Origin: Chiloscyllium plagiosum
Taxonomy: Eukaryota
Assembly: GCF_004010195.1 (NCBI RefSeq)
Contig: NC_057751.1
Location: 6,831,934-6,895,933 of the forward strand
DNA: 64,000 nucleotides
Direction of reading: 5' to 3'
The notes beneath the pieces are model-generated. The model saw only the letters and a program-made list of their open reading frames with translations, had not been told where the DNA came from and did not search any database. Positions 52,046 to 64,000 of the stretch are shown in pieces. Made by a program: the position numbers and the translations under genes. The stretch's first letter is position 1. Each line of letters opens with the position of its first letter.

Positions 52046-55000
52046 TCAAAGGCTAAGGGAGAATCCATGCCAAATAGCAGCTAGTCTTTTGACTTGGTCA
52101 CACAGCATGGAAGCAGAATTTTGGTCCAACTGTTCCATGCTGATCTAGTTTTCCAAACTAAAAGAGTTTTATTTCCCATGTTTCTCCCATACTCCTCTGC
52201 ACCTTTTAAAAATGTTGTAACTGTACCTGAATTAGGAGAAAGATTTTCAGAGACAAAGCAAATCTTAATGATGTGCTCAGAATCCAAAAGGTGTATGGAT
52301 GAAATACATGTTTCATCCTGTGACACCAATTCTACAATGGACTTAAACTTACAGGATGAACAACGAATTACAGTTGATTATGCTCTTTCATATCTGGGAT
52401 TGACAAAAATGGAGAGTGTTGAATAATCTTCTGATCAAGATGAGCATGGATACAATTTGGGTGACTGTATTCAGGAGATGGCCATGTGAGTATTTCTTGA
52501 AACATGGAAGCATGATGTAAGGGTCGAATCGATTCAAGTTGCATTGTTGCTGGACTCTTATGTTCATTTCCAGGTCTGTCTTGACTATGCCACTTTGTAA
52601 CTCATGACAATGTTATCGCAATTGAACCATTATGCAGACAGTACCACAGCAAGTTCTGGAGTTCTCAGGAAATAAAGCTTGTCACAATCACAATTGTTGT
52701 TAGTGAGATGCTGTGATGTATTGTTTTCCCAATTACTTGAAAACATTCCGCAATTAGTACTGGCTCACAATTTCTAACAATAGCCCAAGGTTTTATGATG
52801 AATGACATTTTTATTTCTTGTAAGCAGTCACTTTACAAAGTACAGCATTGATCTCCAAAGACATGACCAGCTGTAATGAGGCAGTGACAAACGTACTGCT
52901 ATTGCTCACCTCTGCTCTTTCTGCAGACCTACTTCAAGAGATGCTTCAAGCTGAGCTTCAAGCATGGCTTTCATCAAAATTAGCAGCACAATTTGTTTTG
53001 CCAGTCTGTCTTTTGACAAGGGGATCAAAAGGTTCTAGTAGTAAGAACAGGAAAAGCTGAGAAGATTTCCATCGTTGCAATGTCAAATAAAGATCAGAAA
53101 TCCATTGAAAGAGAATTACAAATCATCATTTTCAGCTGTACAACCTCTGATGTCTTTTGTGCTCTGTCGGTTCTGGACCCTTTAGAGTTTGAGATTTTAA
53201 CCAATTGGTGTTCGTCTTTCAGGAGCCTGGAACCTCATCTGTGGAATGCCCTCTCTACATTTCAATTCTTTACTTCTTTAAAAGAACTCTTCAAAACCTC
53301 TAACCACATTTTTGGTCATCTGGCTAGGTATATGAGGTGGTTCAATCTCTTAACTTTTGTGAAATGTCTTGATATATTTTGACATGAGAAATGTACGTTT
53401 GGGATGATTAACTTAGTGACACATGCTGCACCTTGGAATTCTCTGTGAACCTCGAAGAGATCAAAGAACTAAGTCAGTAGTAGACTTGCCAACTTCAAGG
53501 GCATTTAATAAGTCATTGGATAGTCATGTGGATGAAAATGGAATTGTGGAGATTTGATAGGCTTCAGATTGGTTTCACAGGTCAGCACAACAGAGGGCTG
53601 CAGGGCATTTACTGCATTGGAATGTTCTGTGTTGTAACTCTCAGGACAAGTAGTAATCAAATGGGAGTAATCAAATGGGCATAATGGGGTGAACACAGTC
53701 TTTCCTTAAAATTTGTTTTGAATTTTGTGCCTTACATGATGAACATGGTGGATGTTTCTTATGAAAACGTTTGCAGCTGAACACTTCACATGAAGACAAT
53801 TTTCTCCAAACATTTTTCCCCCTCCAGAGCCCAGAGTCATTCTCTGATACACACATTGTGATCACCCTGTGATGATGTTTCTTTTTGCATTACATCCATG
53901 GCAGCCTGGACCGTGGTGGTTCAGTCTAGCTTATCTGATCAGCCCACTTACCTTGTGATGAAACACAAGTATTCAAAATGCTGAAAATACGTTTCAACTC
54001 TCCACATTCAGGCCACAAAACAACTTGCCTCTCTTTTGGTTTTTATACTGCTCTGACAAGCTGGAGGCTAAATATTTTCCCTTCAGTACATAAAGCGTTT
54101 TGGAAATCAAGGCATGCCTTGGTGGTGCAGCAACATTTAATGCGATCATTTAAAGTTCCACCGTCACAGACTTGAACCCGTCCAAACAGCAGTTTCTTTT
54201 AAATTGTTGCAAAGAGAGGAGGGGAATTTGGTGGCAATGCTTCAAGAATCTATATTTTAATGCTTTGTACCAGCTCTGATCGATTATACTTCACAACCTC
54301 TGAAAAGCATGTGATCATTCAATTCACTGATAAGGCAGCTGGTTAGGCTGTTTTGGTAAACAATTGCAGATTAAGAAACTTCCTGAAGTTTCGATTGGGA
54401 AACAGATTTGTGGAAGCCTTCACTATCTCCTCAGCCTTGTCCTCTTCTTTGGCTGCACAACACAGCTCCAATTCTGGTGAATTCAGCATCCCCTGTTTCA
54501 CTGTCATTAGCGGTGTTGTTAGTTTCCGGGTCTTAAGCTTTGGAATTTCCAGTCCAAACATCTTGACCTCTCTTTCTGTCCACTTTTATAAAACCGACCT
54601 TTTTAACCGTGTTTATGTTGAGCTGTCTCGTTAGATCACTGTATGGCTGTGTGTCATTTTCTTTTTGATAATGCTCACGAGAATCACCCTATTACTCAGT
54701 TGATATAAGAGTTATTGTTGCTTAATTGCCTGTTGGTTAGCCATGATCTTCTCAATGCTATTTGACAAGTTAATGCTCTGAATTCAAGAATTACTGATGT
54801 GCAGAAAGATAAGCGCATATTTCAGGAACTAGGTGAGAATGTTTCAGTGTATGACTTGAGATTTCACCGCTTCACTGGGTGCAAAATTCAATTAGTGCAA
54901 CGATCATTTTTGTCATTTGCCAGCTCAGCTATCAGTTGGGCAACGTCAGATTGTACAGAAAGTGACACCACTTCAAGTCTTCCCTCTCCAAATGAGATGT

Positions 55001-57309
55001 GGTGTTGAAATTTTTCCCCTGACTAATTTGCCTACAGTCCTGAGCATCTGATGGATGCAACCAGTAAGTTTTTGTGATTGTTGAAAGTCTTTATACCCAG
55101 GGGGATTTTACTTCATTGTTCCTGTGAATCCCACTTCAATTATGATTAAATAGGTTATCTTAGAAGTGGGTTTTGTTACCTTGGTAATAAAGCAGATATG
55201 CATTGTGTCACATCCCTCAGCCAACTCTTAAAACATCAGCAAAGTATGGTCGAGGGGGCACGATGGCTTGATAGGACAGGAACCAGGAAATATAAATAAT
55301 GGCAGGACCCAGTTATAATTTTGTGTTTGTTTTGTTTCCCATGAGAGCTGATGGAAACAGAAACTGCAAAGTGTTGGGTCAGACTTTCACCAACTAGAGA
55401 ATGGGGAATCTGCAGCTGACTTATCAGCTGAAAGATTCGAGGGCAAGAGATTGGATGAGTGGGTGGAGGGGCAAACGCGCCATCTTTAGAGCCTACAGCC
55501 ATGCTAAACAAATCTCTGCAGTCACATTCCAGTCTTCCCTTTTGGCTGTCAAGTTCAAACCCTGAAGAAATCCAGGTGGCAGCCATGACATCAGGTCCAA
55601 CCAACCTCACAGTCAGCTGTTGATTTTAACTATTTTCATGTGTACTTACCTTTTCAATTTAGAACACATGCATGGACCACAAGATACTTGTGCTGTATCT
55701 TCAGTAATTTATAGCTAAACATCAGTGTCACGCTATTGAACAAAGCTAGATTGCTGTTAAGTCTTTCATCTTTTAGAATGGATTGTTTACTTGACAGGAG
55801 ATGGTTGCATGTCTCAGGTTCATGCTTATGATTGGGTTTTTCCAGGGTTCTTCACATCCCCCAACCTCCTCCTCCTCCTCCTCCCCCCCCTCCCTAGCAT
55901 CAAGGCAACAGAGTCACTTGTAATTTTACCGATTGCTAGATTGGACAATACTGATTGCCTGCACCAACCAGTAATGAGGCAAATGAGCACTTGCTGTCAT
56001 CTTGGCAACATTGGTGGAGGGAAGAATGTTGGCCTGTAACCTAAGAACCTTTTGCACAGTGTCACAGAATCATTTCAGTTACTGGGTTTCATATTACAAC
56101 TAAAACATTGCACAGAGTGTATTCTTGTTTGAGATGCCATGTCCAGTGAATGAATGCACATCCTGGTAGAAAAACAAGATATCATTTAACACGTCCTACC
56201 TTTCTTTTCAGCCTTACACACTGGCAATTTAACAGTTGAAAAAGACTTGGAATGAAATCACCATGATTGTTCAAAATTGTTGGTTGGGATTCACTGACAA
56301 AATTTAGTTGGCTGTAATGTGATAATTGAAGTGTGGCGAGACAGCTAAATGACTGAGTCCATCAAGTGATTGCTGTGTGTCAGTCAAGCAGTTGTCTTGT
56401 TTCCCTTCGAATAAGCCCACCTTGTAAAGTACCAATCTGAAATGCAAAGTGTCAGAACAAAACGCAGAAGGCTCTGAAATTTAGGATTAGACATCGTACA
56501 AAAACCTTTTAGTTGCAGGGGCTTGTAATGTTTCAATGGATGTTATTTATAATTGCATGAAAGTGCATAGAATTGATAGAAATTATCCCTTGAGCTAAGC
56601 ACATCCATTAATGAATGAATTAGTTTTATTGTCACATGTACTCATTTCAGTGCAATGAAGGATTTACAAATTGTAGCATCTTGGGTACCATCTTGGTACA
56701 AAGCAGAAAAAAAACTGTTCAAAGTTAGAATTTCCTATCCATTTTTACTAAAAAAAAAAGTAGAAAAACAACAAATTGCAATTAACAGTTCAGTCCAAGA
56801 ACGCCTCACCATACTGGGCTCCCACTCCTCACAAGGGCTTGACATCACCCCTGCCAGATCCCCCGAGTTGGCCTGCTTCCACACTCATCGCTGGTCACCT
56901 GGGCTACATGGTCCTGGTCAAGATGACTGCCATCAACCCCAGGGACGCCTCGCTACCTCGTGGGGAGGCTGAGCCCAAAATGCCAGCTCTAATTTTCTGT
57001 GCTGCACAAACTTACCTCACACAAAAATAGATTAAACTAAGATTTAAAAAAAAAGAGGGTAGTGAAAGAAAAACAGGGCATTGGTGATTCTGTATCAGGA
57101 GTGTACAAATTTTCATGTTTAAATTCTGAATGATTCTCCTATCCATTTCTGCTCATTTTGTCTTAATCCAATATTCCCTTAAAATTCATTAGCACTATTT
57201 GTTTCAACTGCTGTTCATGTTAGTGAGTGCAACATTTGAAACATCTTGGGTTACAAAGTTCCCTCCTGAATTAGTCAGTAACTATCTTTTCCTTGTGCCA
57301 TATCTTCAG

Positions 57310-57998
57310 TAACTTATAGCAAAAGATCACTGTCATGCAACTGAAATAATATTTAGAACAAATCTAGATTGCTGTTTAGTCTTTCATCTTTTAGAATGGG
57401 TTGCAGGTTTTGGTTCATTATTATGTAAATCCCAGAACTTCTAAGTCACATTCGAGATAACTTCAGGTTTTATAAAAAAGGTGACATCTCAGCTCAGAAA
57501 ATGCATTAAACTTATGAGGTTAGATTCTGCCTGTATCCCAATCTTGAGCCAGACTGGTTTTGTTTTCAAAGTGCAAATTTATGAAATGTTATATGGACTG
57601 ACTGCCTGCAGATTGTGCTCTTTTTGAAAAAGATAGCATGTATCTGCAATTAGAGCAACAGCACACACATATATGCGCACATGTGTACACAGGTGAGAGA
57701 GTGCATGTGAGTCTAATGGAGTAGAAACCTGTGAGAGGGTGTGTATGAGAGAGGGTCTGCCTGAGAGTGTGTATATAAAAAAAAAAGAGGGTGTGGGGGA
57801 TGTGGGTGTGTCTGGGCACAGTGTAGTAGGGTCGCCTGTAGTGTGACAATGAACCAGAAGTCCCAGTTGAGGCCATCCTCACCAGGTACCGAACTTGGCA
57901 TTCAGTCTCTGCTCGGCCACTCTGCATATCCCGAAGTCAGCCTTTGAGGATGGTCACCGAAAGATCTGAGGCCAAATGTCCCTGAGCGCTGAAGTGTT
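57310..57998 (-). mobile_element. Penelope-like element (second family) 3' fragment
   Basis: Minus strand reads HFSAQGHLASDLSVTILKG, then (other frames) KFGT.EDGLNWDFWF..HYR, typical of a GIY-YIG PLE C-terminus, followed by a CA-rich UTR. Confidence 0.75.
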
Positions 57999-58759
57999 TG
58001 GCAAGAGAAGGTGCGAAACCAACTCAGTCTAATAAGAACAGGCAGGCCCAGGCTGGTGAATATCGTGGTAAGAGTGGTCTGAAGTGTGATTTTTTTCATG
58101 TAAGGGGTATAACAGATAAGGCAGGTAAGCCAAGACCCTGGTTTGGTATGTGGACTGTGATAGATATGACAGTAACTTGGGTGAAAAAGGAAAAAAAAAA
58201 AAGGAGGACTGGCAGCTTAACATTCCAAGGTTTGCTGTTTCAGCCATGTTGGAGGGCAATGTCAGTGGTTGGAGTGTTTTATTACTGATTAAGGAGAATG
58301 TCACCAAGCTGTATAAACATTAGACATCAAGGCTGTGTGTCGAGGTTCAGAATGAGCAAGGTGCAATCACAATAACAGGGTTTTACTAAAGGGCTTCCAA
58401 TAACTGGCAGGAAATAGCAAGATCTTACCGCATATCGGTCTAAGTTTAACCACTGGCTTGTTCTGGGTAATTTTACTTTCCTGAACGTTCACTGGGAGTG
58501 CCTTAGGTCAGGGGCTTAGATGGGGTCAGAAGTTAGGTGGCATCTAGGAGATTTGAGGAAAATAAAAAGGTCTCGACCAATCATGGAAGGAACCATCTTG
58601 GACCTTGGCCTGGGCAATGGGTCTGGCCAGGAGATTAAAAGTTTCGGGTGTGGGGGGAAGCATTTTAGAAACAGTGATCACAAATTTCTAACTTTTAAAA
58701 GATAGTTACAGAAAAAGGATAAAGACAGGTCCTTGGGTGAAAGTGCTAAATTGGAGCAA

Positions 58760-58936
58760 ACGTGGTCCTGGGAAAATTACAGGTCAGGCAGCATCTGTGT
58801 AGACATTCCTGATGAAGAGCTCGTGCCTGAAACATCAACTCTCCTGCTCCTCTGATGCTGCCTGACTTGCTGTGCTTTTTCAGTGCAAAGTTTTCAACTC
58901 TGACTCTCCAGCATCTGCAATCCTAACTTGCTCCTG
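58760..58936 (+). mobile_element. Penelope pLTR fold-back nested in CR1
   Basis: Inverted caggtcaggcagcatc / gatgctgcctgacttg flanking a hammerhead-like ctgatgaagagctcgtgcctgaaacatc (58809-58836). Confidence 0.78.
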
Positions 58937-59289
58937 AATTGGACTGAGGCTAATTACTGGAAAAATTGGATCAGGGCAGCAGCTTGAAGGTAAATTCACA
59001 TCTGACTTGTGTGAGTCTTTTAAGAGCCAGTTGACCAGTGTTCTGAACGAGCATAGTCCTGAGGGAATGAAAGAGAAGGATACCACGATTCAGGATGGTT
59101 GGATCACAAGAGATGTTTGAAGTTTAGTTAAAATGCAAAACAAAAAAGGAGACCAATCTAAGGTTCAAGAAACAAGTCAAACCCTTTAGGAGTATTAAAA
59201 GGAGACAGGAAAAAAGTTAACAAAATCAGCAGAGATTAAATGGGAGGCAAAGACAGTGATATTATTGTTAGACTTTAAATCCAGACAGT

Positions 59290-59620
59290 GAAAGTGAGGA
59301 CTGCAGATGCTGGAGATCAGAGTCTGGGTTAGCGTGGTGCTGGAAAAGCACAGGTGGTCAGGCAGTGTACAAGGAGCAGGAAAATACATGTTTCGGGCAA
59401 AAGCCCTTTATCAGGAATGAGATGACCAAGATGATTTTAACCCTACTATGAATCCTCTTGCAAGGATGCCTACCTTGAAGTTCTCCTCCTCTCTCTACAA
59501 GAATCTCAGTGAATCTCTTTCTTTCACTGCAACCCTCCTGAAGGGCTTTTGCCCAAAATGTCGATTTTCCTGCTCGTCAAATGCTGCCCGACCTGCTGTG
59601 CTTTTCCAGTACCACTCTAA
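59290..59620. mobile_element. Penelope inverted pLTR pair with ~120-bp spacer, nested in CR1
   Basis: Minus-strand pLTR 59290-59418 and plus-strand pLTR 59536-59620, each with a decayed hammerhead core. Confidence 0.8.
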
Positions 59621-59629
59621 TCTAGGCCT

Positions 59630-59905
59630 CAGTTTTAATACAGACACCCAGGTAATGTTCTCGGGACCTCGGTTCAAATCCTGCCATTGCAGGTGATCAT
59701 TGAAAAGGTGGAATTAAGACTAAGACGATGCCCATGAATCCATTGCCACTTATCTGGTTCACTAATGTCCTTTGGGGTAGGAAACTGTCATCCTTAACTG
59801 GTCTGACCAACATGTGACTCCAGACCTACAGTAATGTGGTTGACTCAACTGCTCTTTGGACAATAAATAATGATCTAGCCAGCGACACCCCCTACGATTA
59901 AAAAT
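59630..59905 (+). mobile_element. tRNA-head SINE, family of 28770
   Basis: acccaggtaatgttctcgggacctcggttcaaatcc...tctggttcactaatgtcctt...gtgactccagacc.acagtaatgtggttgactc. Confidence 0.8.
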
Positions 59906-62900
59906 AAAAGTCATGAAATATCTTTGCCGAGTAGGATTACAGAGAATCCCAAGGCATTGTGTGTATATTAGGAGCATTGGGTATGTGGTAAAAGGATAGG
60001 TACACAAGGACAAAATGGGTGTGTGCATGTGAAACCAGAGGAAGTGGGAGAGATCTTCAGCGTCAGTATTCACTGTGAAGAAAGTGATATAAGGAGGTGT
60101 ACTTATTTGCAAGTTGTTTTGCCACAAAAAACAGCATAAACACTTATTGCTTTGCATCTGAAATGACAGCATGAATGGCAATGTCAATTCTGAGGAGGTA
60201 GTGTTGAGTATCTTGAAAAACATGAAAGTTGGCAAGTCCACAGGGGCTCGGGATCTATCCCAGGATAGTGAAGGAGGAAAGGACAAAGATTGCTGGGGCC
60301 TTGACACAGATCTTGGTCTCCTCATCAACAGGCTTGGTCTCAGAAGACTGGAGAATAGATAATGTTGCTTCTTTTTTCAAGAAAGGGAAACAGGGATAAT
60401 CCAGGACATTATAGCCAATGAGCTTTGCATTAGTGACAGGGAAATTTGTAAAGATTGTTAGGTACAGGATTTACTCACATTGAAGGAGGATTTTATTTAG
60501 GGATATTCAACGTGACTTAATGCATGGGGAGGTCTGGCCTCAAATTTGTTTGAGTTTTTTTTTGCAGGAGGTGATGACAATGTCTCAAGATGTTCAGGCA
60601 CTGGATTTTGCCACCATGGACTTAAAAGCATTTGCAAGGGCCCTCATGATAGTCTGGCCAAGATGATCAAATTGCATGGGATCCAAGGGGTGTTGACAAA
60701 CTGTCAACAAAAATTGGCTTGGCCATAGAAAACAGAGGGTATTTGTGAGGCATGTTTTTCTGACTCAAGGTCAGCGACCAGTGGTGTTCCACAAGGAACA
60801 GTGCTCAGACATCTGTTGTTTATAATATGCATAACAATGATTTGTATAAAAATGCCGGTTTCTAAGTTTGCAGATGACTAATATTGGTGCAGTTGTGGAT
60901 ATTGATGAAGGATATCAAACAAACAATGAAGCAACATCGAGATCAGCTGTTAAGTTGGGCACAGAATCAGCAAATGAAGTTTAATCTGGACAAGTGTGAA
61001 GTGATCCTTTTGGGAGGTCACATGCAAGAGTACTCTAAATGGCTGGACACAGATTGATCTGTGAAGGGATTTTGTGAGCCAAGTGCACAACTCCCTGAAA
61101 AGTAGCAACACAAATGGCTAAGATGGTAAAAGCAGCATCTCTTGCGCTTGCCTTCATTGGTTGGGGCCTTGAATGAAGATGACAAGTCACGTTGCAAGAA
61201 CATGGTCAACCTCTCCCTATGTCTGCAAATTCAATGGGAATATTAAATGAGGAGACTGAGTGTTGACCTGCCAACTTTCGACTGTATCTCCCTTAGGATC
61301 CAGGCTCGTTTGAAATATTCCACCTTTATCTGGCCTATAACTAAGCAAGTGTTTCATTTCACTGGAAAAGTTCAAAGCAAATCACAACACTTCTATTACA
61401 TTTCTGATTTGAAAATGTACGTAACTGATGTCAGCCTGCCACTATCTTATAGTGATTCATCATTTTGCAATTGCAATTGTTGCACGGACAAAATTGCAAC
61501 AGTTTTTGAATAAAAAAAAACTCCCATTTAAGGATATGTTTTCACGAATGCCCCTCTTCCCAGACTACTCAATTTTCACTCAAAAGCCAGCATCTTTTAT
61601 CCAGTAACACATTCTGTTTATTTACGTGGAGTGAAACAGACCTTGTCTGCAGCTCCAAAGTGGACAAATTGGCTAAACTTGTCAGTATAGATGCTGCACA
61701 AAATATTTTCCTGTCTGACTGACTTTCACACTGTTGATGCATCACTGATGATTTTAAAATGGAGTTATGTCATCTGAAATGTGTGTTTGTGGACTGAAAT
61801 GCAGAAAGGATGTACAAAAACAAGGATTAAGAAAAGATTTGCTCTGCTCTAACCATTTGGTAACATTCAATTCTGTCAGATTTACACTGCTGCTTGGTTC
61901 AGGTCATGATAGAAGTGGTTCCTGGATGGGCCAGCACCAGGGAGCTTTGGCTTGCAACAGGTTGCTGACTATTTAGAGTTGTGACCAGATGTGGATGCAG
62001 ACGACAGTGATTGGAATGGCTGGTGGTTTTGCTGACCAGTTCATGCATGTGAACAGTATTGGCAGAAGCCTTCAGGACCTCTGGAAAGGGAGATTGTCCA
62101 TCTTATGTCCAGGAAAATACCTAAAGCCTAAAAAGACAGCCAGTTTATTTTTCCTCAACACTAGCTATAAGCGGTTGCTAGAACCAGTAACTGAGACTGG
62201 TCAGTTTAAATGGACCAAAAAACTTGAAGAAATTGAAGAGTAGAGTAAAAAAAACTGTCAAGCAAAGAGATTCTGTGAACCTTGTGGATTGAGGCAATTT
62301 AACTGCTTCCACAGAATCTGTGTGGGGGAGACGGTGTAATTTGAACATTAACAAGTTATGGTGGTAGATTGTAGATTCTGTCTGCAGGTTAGCAGTTATT
62401 ACAAAAACATCTATGCATTGTTAACACGTCATGTTGACATGGAAAAATCATGAACTTGTGTACTTGGACATCTGAGACATGTGTAATAGCTGACAATAAT
62501 GGACTTGACTTCTGACCCACGGCCCTGTGAGGCATGACAATTTTATGTACTCTGGTGAAGTGTTCCACACTCCAGGAACTCTCAGGGTGACCAAGGTTTT
62601 GTTTTTAGAAGTTTCTGTAGATTGAACTGCTGGGATTTGTTAGTGACTACATTATATCTGTGACCTTGGACTTTAGACTTACCTCGAGGTGGCAACATCT
62701 GTTGGCCAATCAGCCCATTTAGGAGCTGAAGTTCTATCAGCTTGCCCTTCAGGTCTTCCTTCAAGAGAAAAAAAAGAGGAGCCACCTGTCCAATTTAAAT
62801 ACCACTACAACAGTAACATTACTGGAGGAGATTAGTTTGCTTACAATCAGAATTAGGGCAGGGGACTGTGCTAAAACTCCAAAGCAAAGGATGTGTGGGC

Positions 62901-63705
62901 AAACTTGTTTTTTTTTGCAGGTACTCCAACACAGGCTGTTAGACTTGCCTTGTCATATTTACTCCTCCACAGCCAAGTTACAGTGACAACTTGGTTTGAT
63001 GAAGTCTCAGTGTGCATTCAAATTCAGACAGTGTGCAAACATACAAGATTGAAACTCGGGAAAATTAAAGCAGCACAAATTGGAAGAGGCATGCTGTTTT
63101 GATTAATGATTCCAGAAGGGAATGGCAGCACATTTAAAAGGCATCCACAGATCAGATTTGTCCTTCGGCTAAATTTCTGGTGCCTCAAAATTTCTGCTGC
63201 AGTTTAGCTGCCTGGCAATCAACCAGTTGATATTCAGCACTGAACGTGGCTTAGTTTAAACTCACCAAAAAGCGTATCCTTTGCAAAAAAAGGATACAAG
63301 ACATGAATTAAGTGCAGGCAGAGGCTATTTAGCCAAACTCCAGTTTACTCTGCTGTTCCATCTGGTTATGCCTGATATGTTTGTGTTTTGAATCCCATAC
63401 ACAAAATTTCTGCTGAACCATGTAATCCCCTAACAATCATCTACCTCAAATATTTCATGGACTTGGCCTCTATTTGCTTGACGTGGAGTGTTCCAAAAGT
63501 TGCACTAGTAAACGAAAAATTCCCTCATCTGTCCTAAAAACAGTGACTTAATTTTTTTTTTAAAAATACTAGTGCCTTCTAAACGTGGACTTGTCTACAA
63601 GAACCAAACAGACTTTCCTCATTCACCATTTGATACATATTTCCTCAACTGTTGGAGATTGTTGTGAAAAAAACCAAATCATTACACCCAAGGTCAAAAA
63701 AAAAA

Positions 63706-63885
63706 AAGTGTGGCGCGAGAAAAGCATACCCGGTCAGGCAGCAGAGGAGCAGGAGAGTCAATGTTTTGAGCATAGGCTCTTCATTAAGCGTCAACTCTCC
63801 TGCTCCTCTGATGCTGCCTGGGCTGCACTTTCCCAGCACCATGCTTTTTGACTCTGACCTCCGGCATCTAAGTCCTCACTTTCTG
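63706..63885. mobile_element. Penelope pLTR fold-back
   Basis: caggcagcagaggagcaggagagt ... actctcctgctcctctgatgctgcctg inverted arms around a decayed hammerhead core. Confidence 0.8.
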
Positions 63886-64000
63886 CTAATTGTTACACCC
63901 ATTCCTTGGGAATGTGGAGATAAGCCTGGTATTCTAAATTCCATATTATTGATGGCTCTTATTGCAGAAGAGCCTTCCTGCTCTTGGGATAAAAGGAGGA

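Larger units (their letters stand above)
58070..61200 (+). mobile_element. Long decayed CR1 LINE ORF2 interrupted by younger insertions
   Basis: Endonuclease remnants (ILDL.LGN, SDH); ttcaagaaaggg..ggataatccaggacattatagcca; TSGVPQGTVL..LLF near 60778-60820; KFADD at 60864-60878. Confidence 0.85.

Noticed and set aside
52927..53040. Exon-like segment (DLLQEMLQAELQAWLSSKL...) with AG/GT ends
   Set aside because: No recognisable protein, contains a 12-bp periodic cttcaag repeat, and has no partner exons.
59762..60328. 188-aa minus-strand ORF
   Set aside because: It is antisense to decayed CR1 and SINE sequence and spans their junction.
1..64000. CRISPR arrays, operons or prokaryotic defence systems
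   Set aside because: The sequence is vertebrate-type repeat-rich DNA. No regularly spaced repeat-spacer array or dense gene organisation was seen.

Overview
This is eukaryotic, repeat-rich DNA with no recognisable host gene, so it is intergenic or lies in a very large intron. The repeat mix (HE1-like V-SINEs, DeuSINE/SacSINE1-like SINEs, abundant CR1 LINEs, Penelope-like GIY-YIG elements) points to a cartilaginous fish, probably a shark; this is an inference. The listed ORFs are retroelement remnants or chance ORFs. Best observations: (1) a decayed 3' end of an R2 retrotransposon (C-terminal endonuclease region plus ~420-nt 3' UTR, ~4855-5557) joined exactly at the canonical R2 target junction (|TAGCCAAATGCC) to a ~0.9-kb decayed 28S rDNA fragment (5558-6490) outside any rDNA array; (2) a minimal type-I hammerhead ribozyme motif in the Penelope pseudo-LTRs, with one intact core at 4334-4361 and several decayed copies, often in fold-back arrangements; (3) an 800-bp solo LTR with a target-site duplication (TSD); (4) two repeat-free, CpG-retaining blocks that look like conserved non-coding elements. 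All family assignments come from recalled motifs, not database searches, and most repeat boundaries are approximate.
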